This document shows, one piece after another, positions 27,526 to 35,682 of a DNA stretch of 64,000 nt. The position numbers were made by a program, and so were the translations under genes. The notes under the pieces are model-generated. The model saw nothing but the letters and a program-made list of their open reading frames with translations, was not told the origin of the DNA and did not search any database. Position 1 is the stretch's first letter, and every line of letters starts with the position of its first letter. Origin of the DNA: an uncultured Elusimicrobia bacterium (GTDB lineage Bacteria > Elusimicrobiota > Elusimicrobia > 2-01-FULL-59-12); NCBI GenBank assembly GCA_963702895.1, contig OY969767.1:1568001-1632000 (forward strand). The letters run 5' to 3'.

Positions 27526-29544
27526 ATGGCTCTCATGAAGATACGCAGGTCCGTACAGCGCATCGTCGCCTTAACCGTTCTCTTCGGCCTCCCCTTGCTT
27601 GTGCTGATCGCCGGCATGATGTTGCCACACTTCCTGAAGTTGGAAACATACCGGCCCCTGATTGAGGAACAGCTCCGGGAAGCGAGCGGCCGTCATGTGA
27701 CGGTCGGCGCGCTTCGCGCGAGGCTCGTGCCGCCTGGCGTGACGGCAGAGAAGGTCGGGGTCTTCGAGCGCGAACCGCCTCAACGACCGATTGTGACCGC
27801 CGAGCGAGTCCGTTTACGCTTGCGTCTGCTGCCGCTTCTGAGCGGGAAGATTAGCCTTCATACAGCAGCCTTTGAGCGTCCTGTGCTCATTCTGTATACC
27901 GATCGCACACCCAGCGCTCCGGCTTTGAAGGCACAGGGTGCTGGACCGAGCCACCGTCCCTCCCTGCGGGCATTGATTCATCAGGGCACCATCGAGCTTC
28001 GTGGTTCACTTTTCGGTCAGACCGTGCGCTGGCCCGTTGACAATGTCGAAGGTGAAATGGAAACAACGAAACGGCGCATCACGCTTACGGCAAGGCCATC
28101 GTTTCTCGGACGATCGGCGCGCCTGGTCGTCACCTTGGATCCCGAGGCCGAGGAGTCCTTTTATGCCGAGCTCAAAAATGCCAATCTCGATTCTCTCTTT
28201 GCGGTCCTCGGATCAACGCAGGCGGCTCCCTGGACCGGATCGACCCTCGACGCGCATGCCACGGCCCAGTGGCCGGATAAGAAGGGCATGGTGTTGTATC
28301 TGGATCGCCTTAGACTTTCCCCTCTCCCAGAGGCTTCGGCGCGAGGCAGTGTTCAGATTTCCACGACTTCCGTCAGCGGCAAGGTTCAGTTTGATGGGCT
28401 CGCCTCCACCATGACCCTACAAGGCAGATGGCGCTCACGCCGGTCGGGATGGGAAGCCACGGCCAACGTGAGCGAGTATTCTCCAGAAGTGCTGCGTCTT
28501 TTGATGGACAACTATTGGGTCAAGGCTTTGGAAGGACCGGGATCGCTCATGCTCACGGTTGCTAAAAAAGGGTCGAAGGCGCCGCAATACTCCCTCAAGG
28601 GATCCAGTTTTACATTCACCGGAAGCCGGCTGCTGGTCCCTTCCTGGTGGGCTTCCGATGATGGAGCGGGACTTCAGGTGGGAGTCGAGGCCAAGACGCC
28701 GGAAGGGGACGGGAAGGTCGAGGTCCGGTGGGCGCAAGCCTCTTCGTCCCCTTACGGGAACATTAGCATCGCGATGTCGACCGTCACGGTCGGGGACGTG
28801 TTCGATGTATTTTCCGTTCGCCCCTCGACGCCCCTAGGACTCGAACCCTGGCTGGTTCGGGAAGGACACTACACGGGACTTGTGCATGACGACGGACGGG
28901 TCGAGATTGAGAACACGCTCTTTGAGCTCCAGGAACTGCGTGTTGCAACCGCTGGCGAGATCGATCTGAGCACCTCGCCCGCCCTCGCACGATTCGAAGG
29001 GCAGCTCTCCAGAGTCAATTTATCTCCTGTTCTGGAAAGCCTCGGGGTGCGTCCTTCTCCCTTGTCGGGCCTTGCGAGTGCGGACTATTCGATCCAGTTT
29101 TCAGCCGATTCCCGGTGGCTCCAGAGCTTGAGTGGCCGAATCAGCACCCAAAGCCAGGATGGATTTTTGCGCGCTGGAAAATTGATCTACAAGATCGCGG
29201 GGGTGCTCAACCTCACCAACCTCGTCAAGTCATCGAACCAATCCAAGACCACCAAGGACGGGATTCCCTACCGCAGCGCCGCAGCGAGCGCAACGCTAAC
29301 CGATGGACTTCTGGACTGTGAGGACCTTAAGATCCGCACGCCCAATTACAACATCGGCGGCAAAGGGAAGGTAAATCTCCCCGAAAGCACCATCGACGCC
29401 AAGATCAAGCTGCAATTCCTGAATGTCCTCAAAGACAGCCTCAACGCGATCCCACTTGTCAAACGCGTCATAACGCCGGACACGGGGCTCCTCGAAGTGC
29501 CGGTGCGCCTGCGCGGCAAACTGGACAATCCCGAGATCGACTAA
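27526..29544 (+). CDS. AsmA-family protein
   Basis: N-terminal transmembrane helix, YRPLIE..L..ASGR.V, L.LLPLLSG; C-terminal V.LRG.LDNP. Confidence 0.75.
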   Translation: MALMKIRRSVQRIVALTVLFGLPLLVLIAGMMLPHFLKLETYRPLIEEQLREASGRHVTVGALRARLVPPGVTAEKVGVFEREPPQRPIVTAERVRLRLRLLPLLSGKISLHTAAFERPVLILYTDRTPSAPALKAQGAGPSHRPSLRALIHQGTIELRGSLFGQTVRWPVDNVEGEMETTKRRITLTARPSFLGRSARLVVTLDPEAEESFYAELKNANLDSLFAVLGSTQAAPWTGSTLDAHATAQWPDKKGMVLYLDRLRLSPLPEASARGSVQISTTSVSGKVQFDGLASTMTLQGRWRSRRSGWEATANVSEYSPEVLRLLMDNYWVKALEGPGSLMLTVAKKGSKAPQYSLKGSSFTFTGSRLLVPSWWASDDGAGLQVGVEAKTPEGDGKVEVRWAQASSSPYGNISIAMSTVTVGDVFDVFSVRPSTPLGLEPWLVREGHYTGLVHDDGRVEIENTLFELQELRVATAGEIDLSTSPALARFEGQLSRVNLSPVLESLGVRPSPLSGLASADYSIQFSADSRWLQSLSGRISTQSQDGFLRAGKLIYKIAGVLNLTNLVKSSNQSKTTKDGIPYRSAAASATLTDGLLDCEDLKIRTPNYNIGGKGKVNLPESTIDAKIKLQFLNVLKDSLNAIPLVKRVITPDTGLLEVPVRLRGKLDNPEID

Positions 29545-29730
29545 CTTGCTTGGATCGGCGATGGGGCGTATCGGCGTCCCGGCGCATCACGGAACGGCCT
29601 TGTCACGTGAGCAAGGAATAGCGGCTCGCTGGCGTTGGCAGGCTACGCGAGTCGAAGACTGTAGTTTTTTGTGTGAAGTTTGCATTGCGTGTCGGCCCTT
29701 AGGCTGGTACTATTTAGGCACAGGACCATC

Positions 29731-30021
29731 ATGGACATCAACGAATTCTTGAAAGACAAAAGAGAAGGCATTCTCCGGATTGCCACAAAGCACGGAGCGC
29801 ACCATGTCCGCGTGATTGGTTCTGTTGCGCGAGGAGAAGCGCGTCCCGAGAGCGATATCGACCTTTTGGTGGAGCTGGATCCTGATCGGAGCTTGATGGA
29901 CCATGCGGCCCTCATGATTGAGCTTGAATCTTTTTTGGGACGGAAAGTCGATGTGGCCACCGAGCGCGGTATGCGTCCTCATATTCGTCAACATGTCATA
30001 CAGGACGCCATCCCCCTATGA
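29731..30021 (+). CDS. MNT (minimal nucleotidyltransferase) antitoxin
   Basis: GSVARGEARPESDIDLLV. Confidence 0.88.
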   Translation: MDINEFLKDKREGILRIATKHGAHHVRVIGSVARGEARPESDIDLLVELDPDRSLMDHAALMIELESFLGRKVDVATERGMRPHIRQHVIQDAIPL

Positions 30022-30359
30022 GGCCTGATCGCGATCGGCTAGGAGATGTTTTGGAAGCCATTGAACGTATCGAGAAATACGTCGTTCACGGCAAGGCTCG
30101 GTTTCAAACAGACGAGCTCATTCAAAATTGGATCATTCATCACCTGCAAATCATCGGGGAAGCGTGCCGGGCTTTATCTCCCGATTTCCAGAAAGGCCAT
30201 CCTGAAGTGCCTTGGGCACAAATCGTCGGCATGCGCCACATTCTTGTCCATGACTATTTTGGGATTGATCTGGTTGAAGTGTGGAAAGCGGTCGAGCGCG
30301 ACTTGCCTATCCTCAAAACAAAAATCCAAGGCCTCGTCCATTCCTTACCGAAAAAATAA
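30018..30359 (+). CDS. HEPN/DUF86 toxin (intact)
   Basis: IIGEA, PW, RHILVHDY (Rx4HxY); ATGA overlap with the MNT gene. Confidence 0.88.
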   Translation: MRPDRDRLGDVLEAIERIEKYVVHGKARFQTDELIQNWIIHHLQIIGEACRALSPDFQKGHPEVPWAQIVGMRHILVHDYFGIDLVEVWKAVERDLPILKTKIQGLVHSLPKK

Positions 30360-30363
30360 TCTC

Positions 30364-30449
30364 TTCGCTGTTTCGCCTGTTCACCCACTCTCTGATTCCC
30401 CGATTCGCCGACATGCCGGCTCGCCGATTCCCCGTTTCGCCGGTTCGGC
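30364..30449. repeat. Octamer tandem repeat (TTCGCCGA-like)
   Basis: Degenerate 8-mers; complementary arm at 29555-29600. Confidence 0.6.
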
Positions 30450-30483
30450 AAAGGAAGATTGGCAAGAGAGATGACCGCAAAAA

Positions 30484-30576
30484 TGCAGAGAGCAGAGATG
30501 AAACAAGAGAGCTGTTTATCAAGCGGCCGACGCTTGGAGGCCGAGCGCATTTCTGCTCTCTGCTTTCTGCTCTGCC
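30484..30576. repeat. Heptamer inverted repeat (GCAGAGA/TCTCTGC)
   Basis: Same family at 33478-33570 and 54102-54136. Confidence 0.6.
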
Positions 30577-30582
30577 GTAAAA

Positions 30583-30732
30583 TGGTGGCAGGGGAGAGGA
30601 TCGTCCGCCACACAACAGGCGGACGCCCGACCGTCGTGTGTCGGGCGAACTCTCGACACCGAGCGCCACCACAACGCGGCGCTCGCCCGCCGGGCCCCAG
30701 TGGCGGGCGGTTTTTCAGTCCCGTCCACTCTA
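30583..30732 (-). pseudogene. Degenerate tRNA-Phe copy interrupted by two hairpin doublets
   Basis: Removing the inserts restores TGGTGGCAGGGGAGAGGATCGAACTCTCGACAC..GTTTTTCAG..CTCTA, matching the tRNA. Confidence 0.8.
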
Positions 30733-30806
30733 TAAGCGGCCTGAGGCCGCGTTCGATCGACGGGACAGCCCCGTCAATCACTGCATTTGCCGGGCGCGCT
30801 TAGATT

Positions 30807-31038
30807 TGGCAGGGGAGAGGATCGTCCGCCACACAACAGGCGGACGCCCGACCGTCGTGTGTCGGGCGAACTCTCGACTCATGATCTTCTGAACAGGACC
30901 ACGATCCTGCGCAAAGAAATGGTGGCAGGGGAGAGGATCGTCCGCCACACAACAGGCGGACGCCCGACCGTCGTGTGTCGGGCGAACTCTCGACTCATGA
31001 TCTTCTGAACAGGACCACGATCCTGCGCAAAGAAATGG
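30807..31038. repeat. Two tandem 116-bp repeats, each containing the tRNA-Phe 3' end with a T-loop insert
   Basis: TGGCAGGGGAGAGGATCG recurs at 30807, 30923 and 31039. Confidence 0.9.
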
Positions 31039-31110
31039 TGGCAGGGGAGAGGATCGAACTCTCGACACCTGGTTTTTCAGACCAGTGCTCTACCACTGAG
31101 CTACCCTGCC
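31036..31110 (-). tRNA. tRNA-Phe(GAA)
   Basis: GGCAGGGTAGCTCAGTGGTAGAGCACTGGTCT-GAA-AAACCAGGTGTCGAGAGTTCGATCCTCTCCCCTGCCACCA. Confidence 0.96.
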
Positions 31111-31144
31111 GGAAAACCACGAATCATATGGCGCTTTGAAGAAG

Positions 31145-31474
31145 CTAGCTGAGGCGTTTTACCGCTGTTGATAGCGGCGCCAGTTTATGATCGATGATAT
31201 CCCAAATGATTACAACATCGACCCCAAAGTACTCATGAATCAGGATATCACGAAGGCCGGCGATCTTCTTCCAATCGACTTCCGGGGCGCTTTGGCGAAC
31301 GGCCTCCGGGATGTGTTTGACGGCTTCACCAATCACTTCCAGATTGCGCACGACAGCATCCAAAGTTTTCGCGTCGGCCGCCAGGGCCTCCTTGCTGAGA
31401 CCCTTGGTGAACGTCTAAATCTTGGTGATGGCCTCCAGGATGTCCTCGAGATAGACTTTATAATCCCTGGGCAT
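31145..31474 (-). pseudogene. HEPN/DUF86 toxin with an in-frame TAG at codon 20
   Basis: MPRDYKVYLEDILEAITKI*TFTKG...RDILIHEY; stop at 31415-31417. Confidence 0.85.
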
Positions 31475-31757
31475 ACAAAGCTTCGGAAAGAATGGCCGGG
31501 CGCAACCGTGGCTTGATCGTGTTTTCTAACACCAGATCAACAGAATGTCCGAATAGCGTCTCGAGATAAAACTTCAAATCCATATAATTATCGAATGTCT
31601 TTTCTTTAAACTCCACGACAAAGTCGAGGTCGCTCTTATCGGTATTTTCCCCCCGCGCATACGAACCAAAGAGCCCCAGACGTTTCACTCGGTATTTCTG
31701 GAGCTCTTGCGTATGCTCTTCGAGCGTCTTCATGATTTCCTGCTGCTTCATTGGCAT
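31458..31757 (-). CDS. MNT antitoxin
   Basis: FGSYARGENTDKSDLDFVV. Confidence 0.88.
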   Translation of the reverse strand: MPMKQQEIMKTLEEHTQELQKYRVKRLGLFGSYARGENTDKSDLDFVVEFKEKTFDNYMDLKFYLETLFGHSVDLVLENTIKPRLRPAILSEALYAQGL

Positions 31758-31849
31758 AAACTCATTATAGAAAATACGCGCGCGAGCTCTTGGGTTGACT
31801 CTGTTCCAGGCGACGCTCCCGGCCTACCGAGATCGTGTAAAATTTCAGT

Positions 31850-32311
31850 ATGAAGCTCCCCCCGCTCCCATCGATGAGGCGACTGCTGAAGGATTTGCCC
31901 ATCAATACGGTCTACCTGTTTGGGTCTGCCGCCAGGAATGAACGTGGCCCTTTGAGCGATTTTGACTTTGCGATTCAAACCGCACCCGGCTTGAGCGCGT
32001 CACGGCGCTTTGCTGTGAAGCTGGCCGTCATGGAACGCTTATCGAAAGCGCTCAAAACAGATGCGATCGATGTGGTCCTCATGGATGAGGCACCGCCGCT
32101 CCTAGCGCACCGTATCTTGAGGGAAGGCAAAACCCTCTATTGCCGTAATCCCATTCTTCGCGTCCGCCAAGAATTCCGGCTGCTCAATGAATATCTGGAT
32201 ATGAAGGAAGACTTAGACGCTTTTGCCCAGGCCACGCTCCATCCACGACTACGTCAAGATCGATCGACGACGCGTTTACGAGTACTTACAATAGAATTTG
32301 CCGCAGTTTGA
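31850..32311 (+). CDS. MntA-type nucleotidyltransferase antitoxin; C-terminus probably altered by a deletion
   Basis: YLFGSAARNERGPLSDFDFA; IDVV..APPLL. Confidence 0.8.
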   Translation: MKLPPLPSMRRLLKDLPINTVYLFGSAARNERGPLSDFDFAIQTAPGLSASRRFAVKLAVMERLSKALKTDAIDVVLMDEAPPLLAHRILREGKTLYCRNPILRVRQEFRLLNEYLDMKEDLDAFAQATLHPRLRQDRSTTRLRVLTIEFAAV

Positions 32312-32357
32312 TCTCTTCTTAAAATACGTCAGCCGCTATATCAAGAAGAACCCCTAA
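32241..32357 (+). pseudogene. 3' remnant of a HepT/DUF86 toxin
   Basis: Alternative frame reads IHDYVKIDRRRVYEYLQ*NLPQFDLFLKYVSRYIKKNP*. Confidence 0.7.
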
Positions 32358-32405
32358 CACGCACAGGGAAGGAAGTACCAGACACACGTAAAGCCCTCGC
32401 CCCCA

Positions 32406-32588
32406 AAAGATTAGGTAGGTTCGCCGAGAGATTGAGCAGGTCCCTCGAAGATTAGGTAGGTTCCCCCAGAAAGATTAGGTAGGTTGGTGGAAAGATTAGG
32501 TAGGTTCGCCGGAAGATTGAGCAGCTCCCTCGAAGATTAGGTAGGTTGGTGGAAAAAGTGAGCAGGTTCCTCAAAGATTAGGTCGGTT
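32406..32588. repeat. Nine-copy ~21-bp direct repeat array (AGATTAGGTAGGTT / AGATTGAGCAGG)
   Basis: Cores at 32408, 32429, 32449, 32472, 32493, 32514, 32534, 32555 and 32575. Confidence 0.9.
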
Positions 32589-33318
32589 GGCCTCCCGTGG
32601 CCCGCGCCGTTTGGTAGAGCGTGGCGGGGTCCCCAGGGTCTCCGGAGCGCATTAGGAGGCCACGGTCCATGAGACCCCCCAGGATTCTTAACGTAGCCGT
32701 GCGCGAAAGCTGGAGCAGCTTTTCCACATCTTCCCGGCGAAGGCCGGCGCTCTTGCCCGCAGCGTCAAGGATCTTCTTCTCATAACGGTCCCTCTTCCGG
32801 GTGACCCAGCGAGTGCCACCGGTGGAAATCTTGGGTGAGGCGCCGGGGCTGGCGCCGGGAGATTCCGCTTCAAGCTGCTCTTCGAGTTCTTGGTGCGCCT
32901 TTTTCTCGACGCGCACGCTCAGCCACCGGGAGGCGCTTGAGCCGATATAGAACCCGAGGACTTCGAAGGCGATGAGCGTGAGCCCTTTCGGGTACGTCAA
33001 GCGCGCCGGCCAGATCTCGGAACCCAGGACCGCCGCCAAGAGGAACACCGCCCAAAGTCCGACGAACCATTCCCCTTTGAGCCGGAACGGCGCGGGCTGG
33101 CTCTCGCCTACAGCCGCCGACCCCTCGGGATGAAACCCGATCGTCCACCGCTGGACTTCCTTGCCCCCCACATAGGCCGATAGCAGGGCGAGGTAGAAGG
33201 CGTTGGCGGTGCTCACGTTGATCTGGAAATTCCCGGCCGTGGCGAACTCCGCGACCTGCACACCGAAGAGCGCCAGGGTGTAAAGGGCACTCAGCCAGAA
33301 GAGGAAGGTCATGCTCAT
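32578..33318 (-). CDS. Membrane protein (~4 transmembrane helices) with C-terminal winged helix-turn-helix
   Basis: Hydrophobic helices; KILD...LRREDVEKLLQLSRTATLRILGGLMDRGLL..G.....Y; AAGGA ribosome-binding site. Confidence 0.75.
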   Translation of the reverse strand: MSMTFLFWLSALYTLALFGVQVAEFATAGNFQINVSTANAFYLALLSAYVGGKEVQRWTIGFHPEGSAAVGESQPAPFRLKGEWFVGLWAVFLLAAVLGSEIWPARLTYPKGLTLIAFEVLGFYIGSSASRWLSVRVEKKAHQELEEQLEAESPGASPGASPKISTGGTRWVTRKRDRYEKKILDAAGKSAGLRREDVEKLLQLSRTATLRILGGLMDRGLLMRSGDPGDPATLYQTARATGGQPT

Positions 33319-33642
33319 GGTTTAGGTTCCTTTCGGAGGTCGGCCGCCGAAGGCAGCTCGCAACCCTCATGAAATTGCGGCAGCTTGCAACGATTATGCA
33401 ACACTTAGAGCCCTTTTGAACGAAGTTTGCTAAGAAGCCTGAGGCACCTTTCTAGCCCTCACGAGCCCACAGTCATAGAGAGCAGAAAAACAAAGCAGAG
33501 AAACGAAAGCAAAAAGCAGAAAGCGGCAATTTCTGCCTTCCTTGTTCTGCTTTCGTCGTTCTGCTTTGATGATTCTGCGTTGTTTACATCGATCCCCCCT
33601 CATGCCCGACACCGCCAGTCGCAAAAATGGTAACTTCTTCGC

Positions 33643-34578
33643 GTGGCACGCTCAAAATCCCAACTGGCCATTGTGAGCGAATACGCGTTCGTCCGCCTCT
33701 TTGCGGAATTCTTGCGGCGGTTTCCCCTTCTCTGGGCCGAAAGGGTCGCAAGGCAGTTGATCTCGCTCATTCTCTTCTTTATTCCAGAACGCCGAACGCT
33801 CATGCTCGCCAACATCGCGCGTTCTTTCCCCGAATTATCCAACGTGGCCCACGCGCGAATCGCGCAGGAATCCATGGACAACCTCGCGCGTGGAACAGCC
33901 GTCTTTCTGCGATTGCCTCAGCTCTTTCGGAAGGGCAGTCCCGTGTGGATCGACGCGGATGGACTTTCCCTTGTCGAAGAGGGCTTCCAGCGGGGAAAAG
34001 GGATCCTCGTCTTTACCGCTCACTACGGCTGCTGGGAATTGATGTCGGCTTGGATCATGAAACGCTGGCCCAGGATCGCGGCGGTCTACCGGGCGCTCGA
34101 CAACCCCCGCATCGACGCCTATGTCAAAACGCTGCGCTGCTCCTCGGGCGGCACGATGATTGAAAGAAAAGATATTCTTCGGAAAACGCCACGGTGGCTC
34201 AAAGCCAACGGACTCATCGGGTTCCTGGTGGACCAAAATTTTGCGCCAGGCGGCGCCTTCGTAGAGTTTTTTGGACGGATAGCGGCCACCACCCCCGCCC
34301 TCGCGATTCTGGCCAGGCGCACCGGCGCGACGTTCCTTCACGCCCATACCCGCTGGGAGGGAAGCCGGCTGAGGCTTTTATGGGGAAAGGCTCCCCCGTT
34401 CAGTGAGAATCCCAACATCGAAAAGGCGATCCTCGAAGACACGCAGGCCATGACCAAAGTTGTGGAAGGGTGGATCCGCGAGGACCCGGGACAATGGCTC
34501 TGGCTGCACAACCGCTGGAAACGCCAACCCCAGCCCGGCGAAACCATTTTCGGAAAACCCTCCTCAAACATGCCTTGA
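33643..34578 (+). CDS. Lipid A late acyltransferase (LpxL/HtrB family)
   Basis: AHYGCWE, DQ, FFG and PGQWLWLHNRWK motifs. Confidence 0.88.
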   Translation: MARSKSQLAIVSEYAFVRLFAEFLRRFPLLWAERVARQLISLILFFIPERRTLMLANIARSFPELSNVAHARIAQESMDNLARGTAVFLRLPQLFRKGSPVWIDADGLSLVEEGFQRGKGILVFTAHYGCWELMSAWIMKRWPRIAAVYRALDNPRIDAYVKTLRCSSGGTMIERKDILRKTPRWLKANGLIGFLVDQNFAPGGAFVEFFGRIAATTPALAILARRTGATFLHAHTRWEGSRLRLLWGKAPPFSENPNIEKAILEDTQAMTKVVEGWIREDPGQWLWLHNRWKRQPQPGETIFGKPSSNMP

Positions 34579-34608
34579 AGGACCCAATAACTTAATATAT
34601 ACTGTGTT

Positions 34609-34884
34609 ATGAAGTTCGAATGGGATGACCGGAAAGCGGCCATCAATTTTGCGAAGCATGGTGTGTCGTTTCTGGAGGCGGCAGCCGCATTTGATGACCC
34701 CAGGGCGCTTTACCGTGATGATCCGGGTCATTCCAAGACCGAGCCCCGCCTGCATGTGATGGGGCGCTCCGGACGTAAACTCCTCGCCGTCAGTTACACC
34801 TTAAGAGGAGAAAATGTCAGACTCATCAGCGCACGCTTTGCCAGCAGACAAGAGAGGAGATGGTATGCGACAACGCAAGGATAA
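34609..34884 (+). CDS. brnT: BrnT-family toxin
   Basis: FEWD..K...N..KHGVSF; R.ISAR.A...ER..Y. Confidence 0.9.
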   Translation: MKFEWDDRKAAINFAKHGVSFLEAAAAFDDPRALYRDDPGHSKTEPRLHVMGRSGRKLLAVSYTLRGENVRLISARFASRQERRWYATTQG

Positions 34885-35170
34885 GAAAATGGATTTTGGT
34901 GATATTGCGGAATGGTCGGCAGAAGACTTTTCCCGTGCACGCCGCTCAAATCCAGATGAACGCAAGCGATTTCGAGCTGCATATGTTCAGACGTTCGGGC
35001 ACCCTCCGCCGAAGCGTGGACCAGTACATAAGCTTGCCTCAGAGCGCTATATCCCGACCTATATCAAATTGCACCCAAAAGTCATCGAGTGGGCCAAGAG
35101 CGAAGCGAAGCGCCGCGGCATCGGCTATCAAACCGTCATCAATCAGTCACTTCTCAATCACGCAGAATAA
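34865..35170 (+). CDS. brnA: BrnA-family antitoxin
   Basis: IKL.P.VIEW.K....GIGYQT.IN; overlaps brnT. Confidence 0.82.
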   Translation: MRQRKDKKMDFGDIAEWSAEDFSRARRSNPDERKRFRAAYVQTFGHPPPKRGPVHKLASERYIPTYIKLHPKVIEWAKSEAKRRGIGYQTVINQSLLNHAE

Positions 35171-35246
35171 GATCCGCAAGCGCGGTATACTTCAGCCAGC
35201 GTGCGTGCCAACGAATCAATGGCGCGCAATCCGTTCAACCCTCTCC

Positions 35247-35374
35247 CGGCGCAGTCGACGCCCACGACTCCACCACGGCGGGCGTCCGCCGAGTCTAGAG
35301 TGGCGGACGGGATTTGCCGCCACGACGTCTTTGGCGGGCGCGCCAACGCCTCAGTGGCGCGGAACACGCGATCT
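35247..35374 (-). pseudogene. Degenerate tRNA-Asp 3'-half copy interrupted by two hairpin doublets
   Basis: After removing the inserts, 25 of 33 nt match the adjacent tRNA-Asp 3' end (counted by hand). Confidence 0.7.
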
Positions 35375-35384
35375 TTCCTCAAAG

Positions 35385-35461
35385 TGGCGGAGCGGACGGG
35401 ACTCGAACCCGCGACCTCTGCCTTGACAGGGCAGCGTTCTAACCAACTGAACTACCGCTCC
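35385..35461 (-). tRNA. tRNA-Asp(GTC)
   Basis: GGAGCGGTAGTTCAGTTGGTTAGAACGCTGCCCT-GTC-AAGGCAGAGGTCGCGGGTTCGAGTCCCGTCCGCTCCGCCA. Confidence 0.96.
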
Positions 35462-35682
35462 AAAACTGGTCCCATACAATACAAGTAATCGCTTAATTCC
35501 AAATCGTGGTGTCGTAATTGGTGTCGTAAAACACCCCCTGCGCCACCCCCTCTTTGTCGAGGGTCCTTCCAAAAAACGTTAACCGCGCTACACCACCGTT
35601 GCTTCCTATCTTTTAAGAAGCAACGGCCATCGCCAAGCGCTCGAGGGAGAGGGCCTGAGTCCCCTTATGAACCCAACCCCTG

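Noticed and set aside
30583..31110. CRISPR-like repeat-spacer array
   Set aside because: The repeats are tRNA-Phe 3' ends and two of the intervening segments are identical.
32406..32588. CRISPR array
   Set aside because: The period is only ~21 bp, the variable parts are 6-9 nt and recur, and no cas genes are present.
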